A DNA stretch of 62,922 bases from Chiloscyllium plagiosum. Taxonomy: Eukaryota. The stretch is from the NCBI RefSeq assembly GCF_004010195.1, contig NC_057720.1:14412381-14475302 (forward strand), given 5' to 3'. Within the stretch, counting starts at the first letter, position 1. The number at the start of each line of letters is the position of its first letter. The notes under the pieces are model-generated. The model ran no database searches, was not told the origin of the DNA, and saw only the letters and a program-made list of their open reading frames with translations. The position numbers were made by a program, and so were the translations under genes. This document shows, piece after piece, positions 10,484 through 22,439 of this stretch.

Positions 10484-11910
10484 ACTCTCCAGTGCAGTAC
10501 TGAGAGAGCATTACCTTGTCAGATGCAATAGTGCTTTATTTCTGATGAGATGTTAAATTGAGGCCCATCTGCTCACACAGGTAGATCTAAAAGATCCCAT
10601 CATATTGTCAACAAAAAGCAGGAAAGTTATCCCTAGTGTCCTGCCTAAATATTATCTCTCAATTAATATCACAGAAATAGATTATTCAGACGTTAGACAA
10701 ACCACAAGGACACTTGTCCATTATGGCAAAGTTTACAAAACAAAAGGGGTTACAAAGCGAAGTCAAACAGAATTACGGGCAACAATACATCCCTTCCCGA
10801 TGTGCACAATGCTTTCTACGCTCACTTTGGAAAGAGGGGCAGTGAAATCATGTCACCTATCCAAACAGCCTTGGATGCACCTATACCCACATTCGGTCAC
10901 CACCACAGATGTTAGATCGGCCTTCTTGAGATTGAACACATGGACAGTGACTGGCCCAGATTGAGTCGCTGGCTGTGCACTCACATCCTGAGCAGACCAG
11001 CTAGTGGGAGTCTGGTGGCTCATATCAATTCCAGGCTCCCAAACTGCCTTCATCCTTTGCATGTTACCTATCATTGCAACAGGTCCATGTAAAATGCGAT
11101 CTCCCTGGCCCTACACTCATCCCTGGAACATGTACATCAGGCTCCTACTTATTGACTACAGCTCTGCCTTCAACATCAGAATTCCAAACAAACTTAAAGA
11201 CCTCGGTCTCAGCTCTTACCTCTGTAGCTGGATCCTCGACTTCCTGATCCATAGACTACAATCAGTAAGAATAGGCAACAACAACTCTTCCACCATAATC
11301 CACAGCCCCACAAGGCTGAGTATTCAGTCCCCTACTTTACTCCTTATACACTCATGACTGTATGGCCAAATTCTGCCCCAACCCCATTTACAAGTTCACT
11401 GACAACACCACTGTTGTGGGTAAGATCTCAAAAAACAAAGAGACAGAGTACAGGAAGGAGATTGCGTGCTTAACGACGTGATGTACAGACAACAATCTCT
11501 TCACAAATATCAGCAAAATGAAGGAGCTGGTCATTGACTTCAGGAAGCAGAGAGGAGAGCACGCCCCTGTCTGCATCAACAGTGCTGAGGTGGAGATGGT
11601 CGAGAGTGTCAAGTTCCTGGGAGTGACGATCACCAACAATCTGTCCTGGTCCACGTTGACATGATGGTCAAGAAAGCACAGCAACTCTTCTACTTCCCCA
11701 GGATGCTAAGGAAATTCAGTATAGGACTCTTACCAATTGTTAAAGGTGCACCATAGAAAGCATCCTATCTGGATGCAGCACAGCGTGCTATGGCAACTGC
11801 TCTAACCAAAATAGCAAGAAACGTGTACTTTAAAAAGTTGCACTTTAAAAAGTATTCAATTGGCTGGAAAGCAATTTGAGGCATCAAATGGTCATGTAAC
11901 AACAAAATGT
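10484..11910 (+). mobile_element. Deu-domain SINE (SacSINE1/AmnSINE1-like) split by a Rex1 LINE
   Basis: CCAGTGCAGTACTGAG..GATGAGATGTTAAA..AAAAGATCCCAT (10484-10690); tail AAAAGTATTCAATTGGCTG resumes at about 11840. Confidence 0.7.
10693..11820 (+). mobile_element. Rex1/Babar LINE RT fragment
   Basis: [28 protein letters not shown] (decayed KFADDTT), KELVIDFRK. Confidence 0.88.
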
Positions 11911-12289
11911 CATACATAATGAAACATCTGAGGATTAAATGAATGCACCTCATTTTCATTAAGCTTCTAGATTTGGTTTATGCCCAAACAGTTACTGACT
12001 AACTCCATCACGTTAAAGTGTTTGATTAAAGACTGCCTCAGAATGAGACAAAATGCATCACAATTCATTGGTTGCAACCTTAAGTCAAGGATGTCTACTC
12101 AGGTTGTGTGTTTTTACCCTGGATCCTCATGTGACTGAACAGTTTGGTTCTCAATCATAAATCTTTGGGCACATGGGAAATGACATCACACAATGACCCA
12201 GAGGACAGGACATGATTCCTTTTCTTTCCTTTGTGGCTCTGTCACATTACTATTGCAACCAAAATGGCATAAATCCTCCCAAGTTCAAA

Positions 12290-13065
12290 AAGGAGCCTTA
12301 CAGAAGAAGGCCAGTTGGCCGTTGCGTCTGAACCAGTCAACAAAAATCTAATGTTAATCCCATTTTCCAGCTTTAGACCCTGAAGGCTACAGCAATGCAA
12401 GTGAATGTCTAAATACTACATACATGCTGCAAGAGATCCTGCCTCACCCACTCTTTCAGGCAGGGACTTCCAGACTCACATCATCTTCTGAATGAAAAAA
12501 ATTCTCCTCAACTCTCCTCTTAGCCTTCTACCTCTTCATTTAAATCTACATCCCCTGGATATTAACCTCATTACTAATGGAAAAAGTGCCTTCTTATCCA
12601 GGTAAAAACAATGACTGCAGATGCTGGAAACCAGATTCTGGATCAGTGGTGCTGGAAGAGCACAGCAATTCAGGCAGCACCCGAGGACAGGCAAAATCAA
12701 TGTTTCGGGCAAAAGCCCTTCATCAGGAATAAAGGCAGAGAGCCTGAAGCGTGGAGAGAGAGGAGGAAAACTTCTTCAAGGCAGGCATCCTTGCACGAGG
12801 ATTCGCAGTAGGGTTAAAATTTTGCCTGTCCTCGGATCTGCCTGAATTGCTGTGCTCTTCCAGCACCACTGATCCAGAATATGTCTTCTTATCCAGCCTA
12901 ATTATGCCCCCGTATGGTTTAATGCACATCTGTCAGGTCCCCTCTCAACGTTCATTGTTCCAAGGAAAACAATCCCAATTTTTCCCATAGCTCAGGCCCT
13001 CCAGCCCAGTCAACATCCTGGCAAATTTCCTCTGCACCCTTTCTCCAGTGCAATCACATCCTTTC
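12290..13065 (-). mobile_element. Old CR1 3' fragment (host of the PLE insertion)
   Basis: ERVQRKFARMLTGLEGLSY on the minus strand. Confidence 0.7.
12602..12881. mobile_element. Penelope-like insertion with inverted terminal arms and a hammerhead-like motif (12695-12730, minus strand)
   Basis: Arms at about 12635-12697 and 12819-12880 are near-perfect reverse complements; 15-bp TSD TG(C/T)CTTCTTATCCAG. Confidence 0.85.
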
Positions 13066-15168
13066 TCTGATGAGGATATTGCATTTGACGACTTTTTTGT
13101 CCACACGGATTTTAGTGATGCTTTTGACAGGAAGTCCAACAAGAACACTATTTTTTTCCTTCTGTATGATTTATTTCATCTAATTGATCATATGTTTCCT
13201 GAAAATAAATCAGCTTGGTACAGCAGCGTGATGGGACTGAATTTTCCCATGGGCATTTGTATCTTATGTATAGTCTGAACCCAGGCGTCAAGGCACTCAG
13301 CAGGCTCCTGTATGTTTGATGTCCACTTAAGGTCAGGGGTGGGTTCTCAAGCAGGAAGCCTAGCGAGAAGGCCCACTATAATGGCTCAGTTGAAGTGCTG
13401 GTAGAAAAGAGACCATGTGGGTACCCCAAACAAGGGAAGTTTATCAGAAGCCTGCTCAAAATTTAAAATTAATTGGTTATCAGAGACAAGTGGTAACTGC
13501 TTCATAGAAATGATTTTGGACAAAAACTTACAGCCTTACATATTTAATCCTATCTCATTCATTGGGGCACTAACAGAAGGTGCAAATGATGTTATTTACA
13601 TAAATGATCTGGATATGAATATACAAGGCATGATTAGCAAGTTTGTGGATGATACAAAATTGGGAGGTGTCATTGATAGCGAGGAAGGTTATCAAAAATT
13701 ACAGAGGGATCTTGATCAGATGGGGAAGTGGGCTGAGGATTGGCAAATACAAGTCAATACAGATAAGTATGAGTTGTTGTACTTTAGAATGTCAAACCAA
13801 AGTAGGACTTATACAGTAAATGGTAAGGTCTTGGGGAGTATGGTGGAACAGAGAGACCTAGGAGTACAAGTACATGGTTCTTGAAAGCAGCATCACAGGT
13901 AGACTAGGTGGTGAAGAAGGTATTTAGCATGCTGGCCTTCATTGGACAAAGCATTGAGTATAGGAGCTGGGACATTATCTTGCAGTCGTAAAAGTCATAG
14001 GTAAGGCTGCACTTGGAGAAATGCTATAAGAAAGACATAGTTAAACTGAAGAGTGCAAAGAAGATTCACAAGGATGTTGCCAGGATTAGCAGGCCTCAGT
14101 TAAAGGGAGAGGTTGGCCAGGATAGGACTTCATTCCTTGGAACGTAGGGGAATGACCTTATTGAGGGGTTTAAAATCATGAGGAGCATAGATGAGATGAA
14201 ATACATATAGTCTTTTTCCCAGGGATGGGTAATTGAAAACTAGAGAGCATAGGCTTAAGGTGAGACTGGAAAGATTTAAGAAAGACCTGAGGGGCAACTT
14301 CACGCGGAAAGTGGTGCGTATATGGAATGGCCTACCAGAGAAAATGGTTGAACATAGATTACAACACAGTACAGGCCCTTCAGCCCTCGATGTTGTGCCG
14401 ACCTGTGGAACCAATCTGAAATCCAACTCTCTTACGGTATTCCATTTTCATCCATATGTTTATCCAATGATCATTTAAATGCCCTTAACGTTGGCGAGTC
14501 TACTACTGTTATAGGTAGTGCATTCCATGCCCCTATTACTCTCTGGGTAAAGAACCTATCTCAGATATCTGTCCTATGGATTCTGGGTAATCCAAGATGG
14601 AGGACGGGAAAAATTTCTGGCTGTAAGAGCTGCTCCTTTTTTTGAGGTATTTTAGGTGCTGGAGGTGATTTCCTCGAATTCCAGGAGCAGCAATTACTGT
14701 TTTATATGCTGTTGCATTGTTTTGGAACTCATGAAAAGAAAAGTCAAAACAACAGCAGTTTAAAAGGGAGAAGAGCAGACAAAGGAAGCACATGGTGAGA
14801 ACAGTGCAGGACAGAGAGAGAGAACCTGCACAGTTACCACCTTCGCTGTTTGAATTCGTGTATCGCTGGACATCGGAGTGCATCTGGGAAAATTAACAAA
14901 CAGTGAAATTCACAACTAATCTTGGAGGAACTGTTGGGCGAAGTTCACAGCACAGAATCAGGTAAGTTAACTGCTGTTTTAAGTCTATCCAAGAGAAAGG
15001 CTGCAGTAGTGAGTATAGTGGATTCTTTTTTGATTATATGTTTTTGGAGATAAGACTCTTGATTAAACTTAAAATATAAGCTATAGCTATTAATTTAACC
15101 TGGGACAGTGTTTGTAGAGGAATAAGACGGTGTTATTTTCTGGGTCTGTAGATTGTGAAGGAGCAAAA

Positions 15169-15859
15169 ATGGCCTTTGCAGTGATATGTACTTCTTGTCA
15201 GATGTGGGAGTTTAAAGAGAGTTTAAGGGTTACTGCGGATTATATCTGCCATAAATGCTGTTGGATGTGAATCTTATCAGATCGACTGGATCGGTTGGAG
15301 AGACAGATAGCAGCGATGAGGAATTTGCAACAGCAACAGTATGNNNNNNNNNNNNNNNNNNNNNNNNNNNNNNNNNNNNNNNNNNNNNNNNNNNNNNNNN
15401 NNNNNNNNNNNNNNNNNNNNNNNNNNNNNNNNNNNNNNNNNNNNNNNNNNNNNNNNNNNNNNNNNNNNNNNNNNNNNNNNNNNNNNNNNNNNNNNNNNNN
15501 NNNNNNNNNNNNNNNNNNNNNNNNNNNNNNNNNNNNNNNNNNNNNNNNNNNNNNNNNNNNNNNNNNNNNNNNNNNNNNNNNNNNNNNNNNNNNNNNNNNN
15601 NNNNNNNNNNNNNNNNNNNNNNNNNNNNNNNNNNNNNNNNNNNNNNNNNNNNNNNNNNNNNNNNNNNNNNNNNNNNNNNNNNNNNNNNNNNNNNNNNNNN
15701 NNNNNNNNNNNNGGTGTATGGGAGAAGGATTCACATTTTTGGATTATTGGAATCTCTTTTGGGGTAGAAGTGACCTGTACAAGAAGGATGGATTGCACCT
15801 AAATTGGAAGGGGACTGGCAGGGAAATTTGCTAGAACTGCTTGGGAGGATTTAAATTAG
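15169..15859 (+). pseudogene. CR1 ORF1 (zinc finger/leucine zipper plus esterase), disrupted
   Basis: MAFAVICTSCQMWE..YICHKC; TGA at 15268; LDRLERQIAAM; DLYKKDGLHLN. Confidence 0.88.
15344..15712. other. Assembly gap
   Basis: Ns. Confidence 1.
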
Positions 15860-16475
15860 TAAGGTGGAGGTGGGACCCAGGGAGATAGTGAGGAAAGAAA
15901 TTGATCTGAGATGGGTACAGCTGAGAACACAAGTGAGTCAAACAGTCAGGGCAGGCAGGGACAAGGTAGGACTAATAAATTAAACTGCATTTATTTCAAT
16001 GCAAGGGGCCTAATAGGGAAGGCAGATGAATTCAGGGCATGGTTAGGAACATGGGACTGGGATATCATAGCAATTAGGGAAACATGGCTCAGGGATGGGC
16101 AGGACTGGCAGCTTAATGTTCCAGGATAGAAATGCTACAGGAAGGATAGAAAGTGAGGCAAGAGAGGAAGGGGAGTGACAGTTTTGATAAGGGATAGCAT
16201 TACAGCTGTACTGAGAGAGGATATTCCCGGAAATACATCCAGGGAAGTTATTTAGGTGGAACTGAGAAATAAGAAAGGGATGATCACCTTATTGGGATTG
16301 TATTATAGACTCCCCAATAGTCAAAGGGAAATTGAGAAACAAACTTGTAAGGAGATCTCAGCTATCTGTAAGAATAATAGGGTAGTTATGGTAGGGGATT
16401 TTAACTTTCCAAACATCGACTGGGACTGCCATAGTGTTAAAGGTTTAGATGGAGAGGAATTTCTAAATATTTTAT

Positions 16476-16799
16476 GGGCGGCATGGTGGCACAGTGGTTA
16501 GCACTGCTGCCTCACAGCGCCAGAGACCCGGGTTCAATTCCCGCCTCAGGTGACTGCCTGTGTGGAGTTTGCACATTCTCCCTGTGTCTGCGTGGGTTTC
16601 CTCTGGGTGCTCGGATTTCCTCCCACAGTCCAAAGATGTGCAGGTCAGGTGAATTGGCCATGCTAAATTGCCCATAGTGTTAGTTGAAGGGGTAAATATA
16701 GGGGTATGGGTGGGTTGCGCTTCGGCGGGTTGATGTGGACCTGTTGGGCCGAAAGGCCTGTTTCCACACTGTAAGTAATCTAATGTAATCAAATCTAAT
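16476..16799 (+). mobile_element. HE1-type SINE
   Basis: A box TGGCACAGTGG, B box GGTTCAATTCC, CR1-like tail, (TAATC)n end. Confidence 0.93.
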
Positions 16800-17235
16800 G
16801 TGTGTGTATAAGATAATTTTCTGATTCAGTATGTGGATGTACCTACTTACTAGAGAAGGTGCAAAACTTGATCTACTCTTGGGAAATAAGGCAGGGCAGG
16901 TGACTGAGGTGTCAGTGGGGGAGCACTTTGGGGCCAACGACCATAATTCTATTCGTTTTAAAATCGTGATGGAAAAGGATAGACCAGATCTAAAAGTTGA
17001 AGTTCTTAACTGGAGAAAGGACAATTTTGACGGTATTAGGCAAGAACTTTCGAAAGCTGATTGGAGGCAGATGTTCGCAGGTAAAGGGACGGTTGGAAAA
17101 TGGGAAGCCTTCAGAAATGAGATAACAAGAATCCAGAGAAAGTATATTCCTGTCAGGGTGAAAGAGAAGGCTGGTAGGTACAGGGAATGCTGGATGACTA
17201 AAGAAATTGAGGGTTTGGTTAAGAAAAAGAAGGAA

Positions 17236-18041
17236 NNNNNNNNNNNNNNNNNNNNNNNNNNNNNNNNNNNNNNNNNNNNNNNNNNNNNNNNNNNNNNNNN
17301 NNNNNNNNNNNNNNNNNNNNNNNNNNNNNNNNNNNNNNNNNNNNNNNNNNNNNNNNNNNNNNNNNNNNNNNNNNNNNNNNNNNNNNNNNNNNNNNNNNNN
17401 NNNNNNNNNNNNNNNNNNNNNNNNNNNNNNNNNNNNNNNNNNNNNNNNNNNNNNNNNNNNNNNNNNNNNNNNNNNNNNNNNNNNNNNNNNNNNNNNNNNN
17501 NNNNNNNNNNNNNNNNNNNNNNNNNNNNNNNNNNNNNNNNNNNNNNNNNNNNNNNNNNNNNNNNNNNNNNNNNNNNNNNNNNNNNNNNNNNNNNNNNNNN
17601 NNNNNNNNNNNNNNNNNNNNNNNNNNNNNNNNNNNNNNNNNNNNNNNNNNNNNNNNNNNNNNNNNNNNNNNNNNNNNNNNNNNNNNNNNNNNNNNNNNNN
17701 NNNNNNNNNNNNNNNNNNNNNNNNNNNNNNNNNNNNNNNNNNNNNNNNNNNNNNNNNNNNNNNNNNNNNNNNNNNNNNNNNNNNNNNNNNNNNNNNNNNN
17801 NNNNNNNNNNNNNNNNNNNNNNNNNNNNNNNNNNNNNNNNNNNNNNNNNNNNNNNNNNNNNNNNNNNNNNNNNNNNNNNNNNNNNNNNNNNNNNNNNNNN
17901 NNNNNNNNNNNNNNNNNNNNNNNNNNNNNNNNNNNNNNNNNNNNNNNNNNNNNNNNNNNNNNNNNNNNNNNNNNNNNNNNNNNNNNNNNNNNNNNNNNNN
18001 NNNNNNNNNNNNNNNNNNNNNNNNNNNNNNNNNNNNNNNNN
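17236..18041. other. Assembly gap
   Basis: Ns. Confidence 1.
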
Positions 18042-18623
18042 TGTAGGGAAATAGATGGTGACATCTTGCAAAATGTCTAGATTACAGAGGAGGAAGTGTT
18101 GGATGTCTTGAAACGGTTAAAAGTGGATAAATCCCCAGCACCTGATCAGGTGTACCCGAGAACTCTGTGGGAAGCTAGACAAGTGATTGCTGGGCCTTTT
18201 GCTGAGATATTTTTATCATCGATAGTCACAGGTGAGGTGCTGGAAGACTGGAGGTTGGCAAACATGGTGCCACTGTTTAAGAAAGGCGGTAAAGACAAGC
18301 CAGGGAACTATAGACCAGTTAGCCTGACCTCAGTGGTGGGCAAGTTGTTGGAGGGAATCCTGAGGGACAGGTTGTACCTGTATTTGGAAAGGCAAGGACT
18401 GATTAGGGATAGTCAACATGGCTTTGTGCATGGGAAATCATGTCTCTCAAACTTGATTGAGTTTTTTGAAGAAGTAGCAAAGAAGATTGATGAGGACTGA
18501 GCAGTAGATGTGATCTATATGGACTTCAGTAAGGCGTTCGACAAGGTTCCCCATGGGACACTGATTAGCAAGGTTAGATCTCATGGAATACAGGGAGTAC
18601 TAGCCATTTGGATACAGAAGACT

Positions 18624-18933
18624 AGATTAGATTACTTTACAGTGTGGAAACAGGCTCTTCGGCCCAACAAGTCCACACGACCCGCCGAAGCGCAACCCAC
18701 CCATACCCCTATATTTACCCCTTACCTAATACTACGGGCAATTTAGCATGGCCAATTCACCTGACCTGCACATCTTTGGACTGTGGGAGGAAACCGGAGC
18801 ACCCGGAGGAAACCCACACAGATACGGGGAGAATGTGCAAACTCCACACAGTCAGTCGCCTGAAGCGGGAATTGAACCCGGGTCTCTGGCGCTGTGAGGC
18901 AGCAGTGCTAACCACTGTGACACGATGCCACCC
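18624..18933 (-). mobile_element. HE1-type SINE
   Basis: Reverse complement of the 16476 copy; interrupts RT between WIQ and WVKGR. Confidence 0.93.
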
Positions 18934-20394
18934 ACTGGGTCAAAGGTAGAAGACAGAGGATGGTGGTAGAGGGTTGTTTTTCAGACTGGAGACGTGAGAC
19001 CAGTGGAGTGCCACAAGGATCGGTGCTGGGCCCTCTACTTTTTGTCATTTACATAAATGATTTGGATGCGAGCTTAAGAGGTACAGTTAGTAAATTTGCA
19101 GATGACACCAACATTGGAGGTGTATTGGACAGCGAAGAGGGTTACCTCAGATTACAACAGGATCTGGACCAGATGTGCGAGGTGCTGCATTTTGGGAAAG
19201 CAAATCTTAGCAGGACTTATACACTTATTGGTAATGTCCTAGCGAGTGTTGCTGAACAAAGAGACTTTGGAGTGCAGGTTCATAGCTCCTTGAAAGTGGA
19301 GCCGCAGGTAGATAGAGGTAGTGAAGAAGACGTTTGGTATGCTTTCCTTTATTGGTCAGAGTATTGAGTACAGGAGTTGGGAGGTCATTGGTACAGGACA
19401 TTGGTTAGGTCACTGTTGGAATATTGTGTGCAATTCTCGTCTCCTTCCTATCAGAAAGATGTTGTGAAACTTGAAAGAGTTCAGAAATGATTTGCAAGGA
19501 TGTTGCCAAGGTTGGAGGATCTGAGCTACAGGGAGAGGCTGAATAGGCTGGGGCTGTTTTCCCTGGAGCATCGGAGGCTGAGGGGTGACCTTATAGAGGT
19601 TTACAAAATTATGAGGGGCATGGATAGGGTAAATAGACAAAGTCTTTTCCCTGGGGTGAGGGAGTCCAGAACTAGAGGGCATAGGTTTAGGGTGAGAGAG
19701 GAAAGATATAAAAGAGATCTAAGGTGCAATTCTTTCACGTAGAGGGTGGTATGTGTATGGAATGAGCTGCCAGAGGATGTGGTGGAGGCTGGTACAATTG
19801 CAACATTTAAGAGGCATTTGGATGGGTATATGAATAGGAAGGGTTTGGAGGGGTATGGGCTGGCAGGTGGGACTAGATTGGGTTGGGATATCTGGTCGGC
19901 ATGGACGGGTTGGACCAAAGGGTCTGTTTCCATGCTGTACATTTCTATGACTCTATGACTCTATATCTATCACCCCTCAATTTAAAATTATGTCCCCTTG
20001 TGCCAGCCATCCCATCCAAGGAAAAAGGCTCTCACTGTCCACCCTCTGATTATCCTGAATGTCTCAATTAAGTCCGCTCTTAATCTTCTTCTCTTGAGGC
20101 GGGTATAATAGCAACATTTAAAAAACATTTGAATCGGTACCTGGATAGGAAGGGTTTAGAGGGATATGGGCCAAATGCAGGGAATTGGAACTAGCTGAGC
20201 AGGTACCACAGTCAGCATGGAGCTGTTTGGGCCAAAGGGCCTGTTTGCATACTGTATTACTCTATGACTCTATGACTCCCTTTACTTGGTGCTAGGAAAC
20301 ATCTGGATTCAACAAGGAGCCAGCCAGACACCAGGAAAATTCCAATTGCTCCTAAATACAGTTCTATAAATGTACAACTATGCTGTATCTAGAT

Positions 20395-20595
20395 TTCCCC
20401 ACTCTTCCCACCCTCCTGCTCCTCTCACCCTCCCACTCCTCTCTATTTTCTCCCTTCATTCTTTCCATCCAGCCTTTCTCCATCCCACTTCCCTCTCCTC
20501 CCTCCTTCCCTCCTCTGCATCACACCTCTCCCTTTCCTTTCCTTGTTGCCTTCCTTCCCTCCTTCCTGCTCACTCTCTTTCCCACCTCTTTGCCA
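20395..20595. repeat. C/T-rich low-complexity tract
   Basis: Strongly pyrimidine-biased plus strand. Confidence 0.85.
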
Positions 20596-22439
20596 TGACA
20601 ATATTCTACCCTTTATGTTTACGAACTGTAATTTCAATGTAAGAGTTAAAATGTCCTGCACCCTTTAATACACTTCACTTTAAACATAAGGTGGACTTTG
20701 GAAAGACAAGAGTTTGATGATAACTTACATCAAGCTTACAAGTGCTAGCAATGCAGAGTGCTAATTGAATTTGTCCTTGCACTAAATTAATTCTGTCTGG
20801 TGACCCGTGTTAATGCATTAACTCTTTAACAAACATTATGCTAATCAGCTGACATCACCAAAATGGTCAACATTTGGCTCTGTACATTCTCATTCATCAG
20901 TCACCTCAGTAAAGGGAGTCCCCATGGTTTGCTCATACCAAAGACTATCTTGGAATGAGGGGAGATGGAAAAAGAAATTCAACCATTAGTTTCTCTTAAA
21001 AAGAGACAAATAACATGGCAGATTCTGCTGCTGCTGAATTTAAAATGGCCAAATGAAACTGAACATAACATATTTCTTGTTAACAAGGAAGAACGAAGGC
21101 TTATTAAGTGTTGTATTGCAAATCAGTTAATTTTAAAATGTATTTGCAAATCAGAAATTTTAAAGCAGAAGTTAATCAGAATATAATTAACAAAATGACA
21201 TATACACTGTTCATTTGACTGTAGAAAAATAATTTGAGAGTGAGGAGCTTCAATTAAAATGCCAAATGGTAGCAAATTATAAATATATGGACATGCTGCA
21301 AGAAATTAATCAGTAATATTATTAGCTAGCAACTAAAGTGTGAGCTTCCAACTAAACATCAATTGAAAATTTTTATTTTGAGTTGTTTCCCCCTGTAATT
21401 TTTTTCTATATATTTTGAAAACAGGCTTTGGTAATATTTACCGGTGTTGGATGTCTTTAATGAGCCAATGGCAGACATTTCAGTAATTGCCACAGAGTGG
21501 CAATATTCAGAGTGACAAAGCGACTGATGTAGATCCTTCCAAAGTTTGCAATGTTCTACAAAACATGAGCATGTCACCTCAAATGAAAAATATGGAGATG
21601 TAGGGATTATTTTCAGTACCCCACCACAGAAGCTGGGGTTATCACAAATGTTGCCTTCTTTAATTTATTCACAGTATGTGGGAGTCATTGGCACCCAGGT
21701 ACTACTTGACCTTTTCCCCTTTCCCCATTGTATTAGTTATAACAGTTTGATGTAAATTAGTGGCTTGATAGATCACTTGATAGCACCTGCATGACAGACA
21801 TTGGAAGGACAGCAGAATTTCTTTCCTTAATGGACATCAATGGAAAAAATGAATTGTTATGGCAAATCACCAAGGACAACCATCATTATGTTTTATGAAA
21901 ATGGCTTTCTCAAACTTTCTAAATCCAACTTCAATTTCACAAACAGCCATGGTGGAATTTTATCCAAAATATTAGTGTAGGTTGTTCCCATTCAGTAAAC
22001 CAGTTGGCGAAGAACAGTACTGTAGCCGATTTTTACTCTCACATTTATTCATTGCAGTTAACACCTCCCCTCAATCCCATTTGCTCCTGTGCTGCAGTGG
22101 TAAAGGTCCTTAACTCTAGGCTAGAAGGCCCAGATTTAAGATCTACTTCCTCCAGGTATCCAGAACTGGGTGTCAATGCTGCAAACAGCATCAGCACAAC
22201 TGATTGCCACATGCAGATCTTCGGAGCAACTGCATGCACGTGCAGTTTACAGGGAACATTAGTCAGTACCTGCCAAAACACATTGATTAAAAAACATCAG
22301 CACATAAATATCCATCTCCAAATCCCTCCTTAACACTGTCATCTTCATCAGCTACAACAGTACAACAGGTGCCCAAGCACCTACACCCTCTCTGCTAACT
22401 TACATACTTATCATCAACCTGAGCTACAAAACTTCTCAA

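Larger units (their letters stand above)
15911..19877 (+). pseudogene. CR1 ORF2 (APE endonuclease plus reverse transcriptase), disrupted
   Basis: YFNARGL, GDFNFP, NDHN, NYRPVSLTS, SQHGF, DFSKAFDKV, GVPQGSVLGP, KFADDT. Confidence 0.93.
14578..19964 (+). mobile_element. Apparently full-length, inactivated CR1 (HER1-like) LINE: 5' UTR, ORF1, ORF2, 3' tail
   Basis: All domains are in order; (CTATGACT)n tail; CTAT at both junctions; has stops, two SINE insertions and two gaps. Confidence 0.93.
14352..20093 (-). mobile_element. Second CR1-family 3' fragment, split (14352-14577 and 19965-20093)
   Basis: Halves rejoin as ATCTGTCCTAT|ATCTATCACCCCTC, matching the uninterrupted copies near 49780 and 54435. 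Confidence 0.85.
13590..20278 (+). mobile_element. CR1 3' half split by nested insertions (pieces 13590-14351 and 20094-20278)
   Basis: IYINDLD..SKFVDDTKLGG..QRDLGVQVH; joins as GAGAAAATGGTTGA|GGCGGGTATAATAGC with TSD TTGA. Confidence 0.88.

Noticed and set aside
13066..13165. Minus-strand open stretch (VLVGLPVKSITKIRVDKKVVKCNIL) as a host exon
   Set aside because: No polypyrimidine tract, clear donor or recognisable homology
16476..16550. tRNA genes at SINE heads (also 25478, 44918, 48781)
   Set aside because: A and B boxes run into SINE bodies; I could not build a complete cloverleaf
14578..19964. An active, autonomous CR1 copy
   Set aside because: In-frame stops in ORF1 and ORF2 and two SINE insertions in ORF2
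20395..20595. ORFs or functional triplex DNA in the pyrimidine tract
   Set aside because: Low-complexity sequence without a clear long mirror repeat
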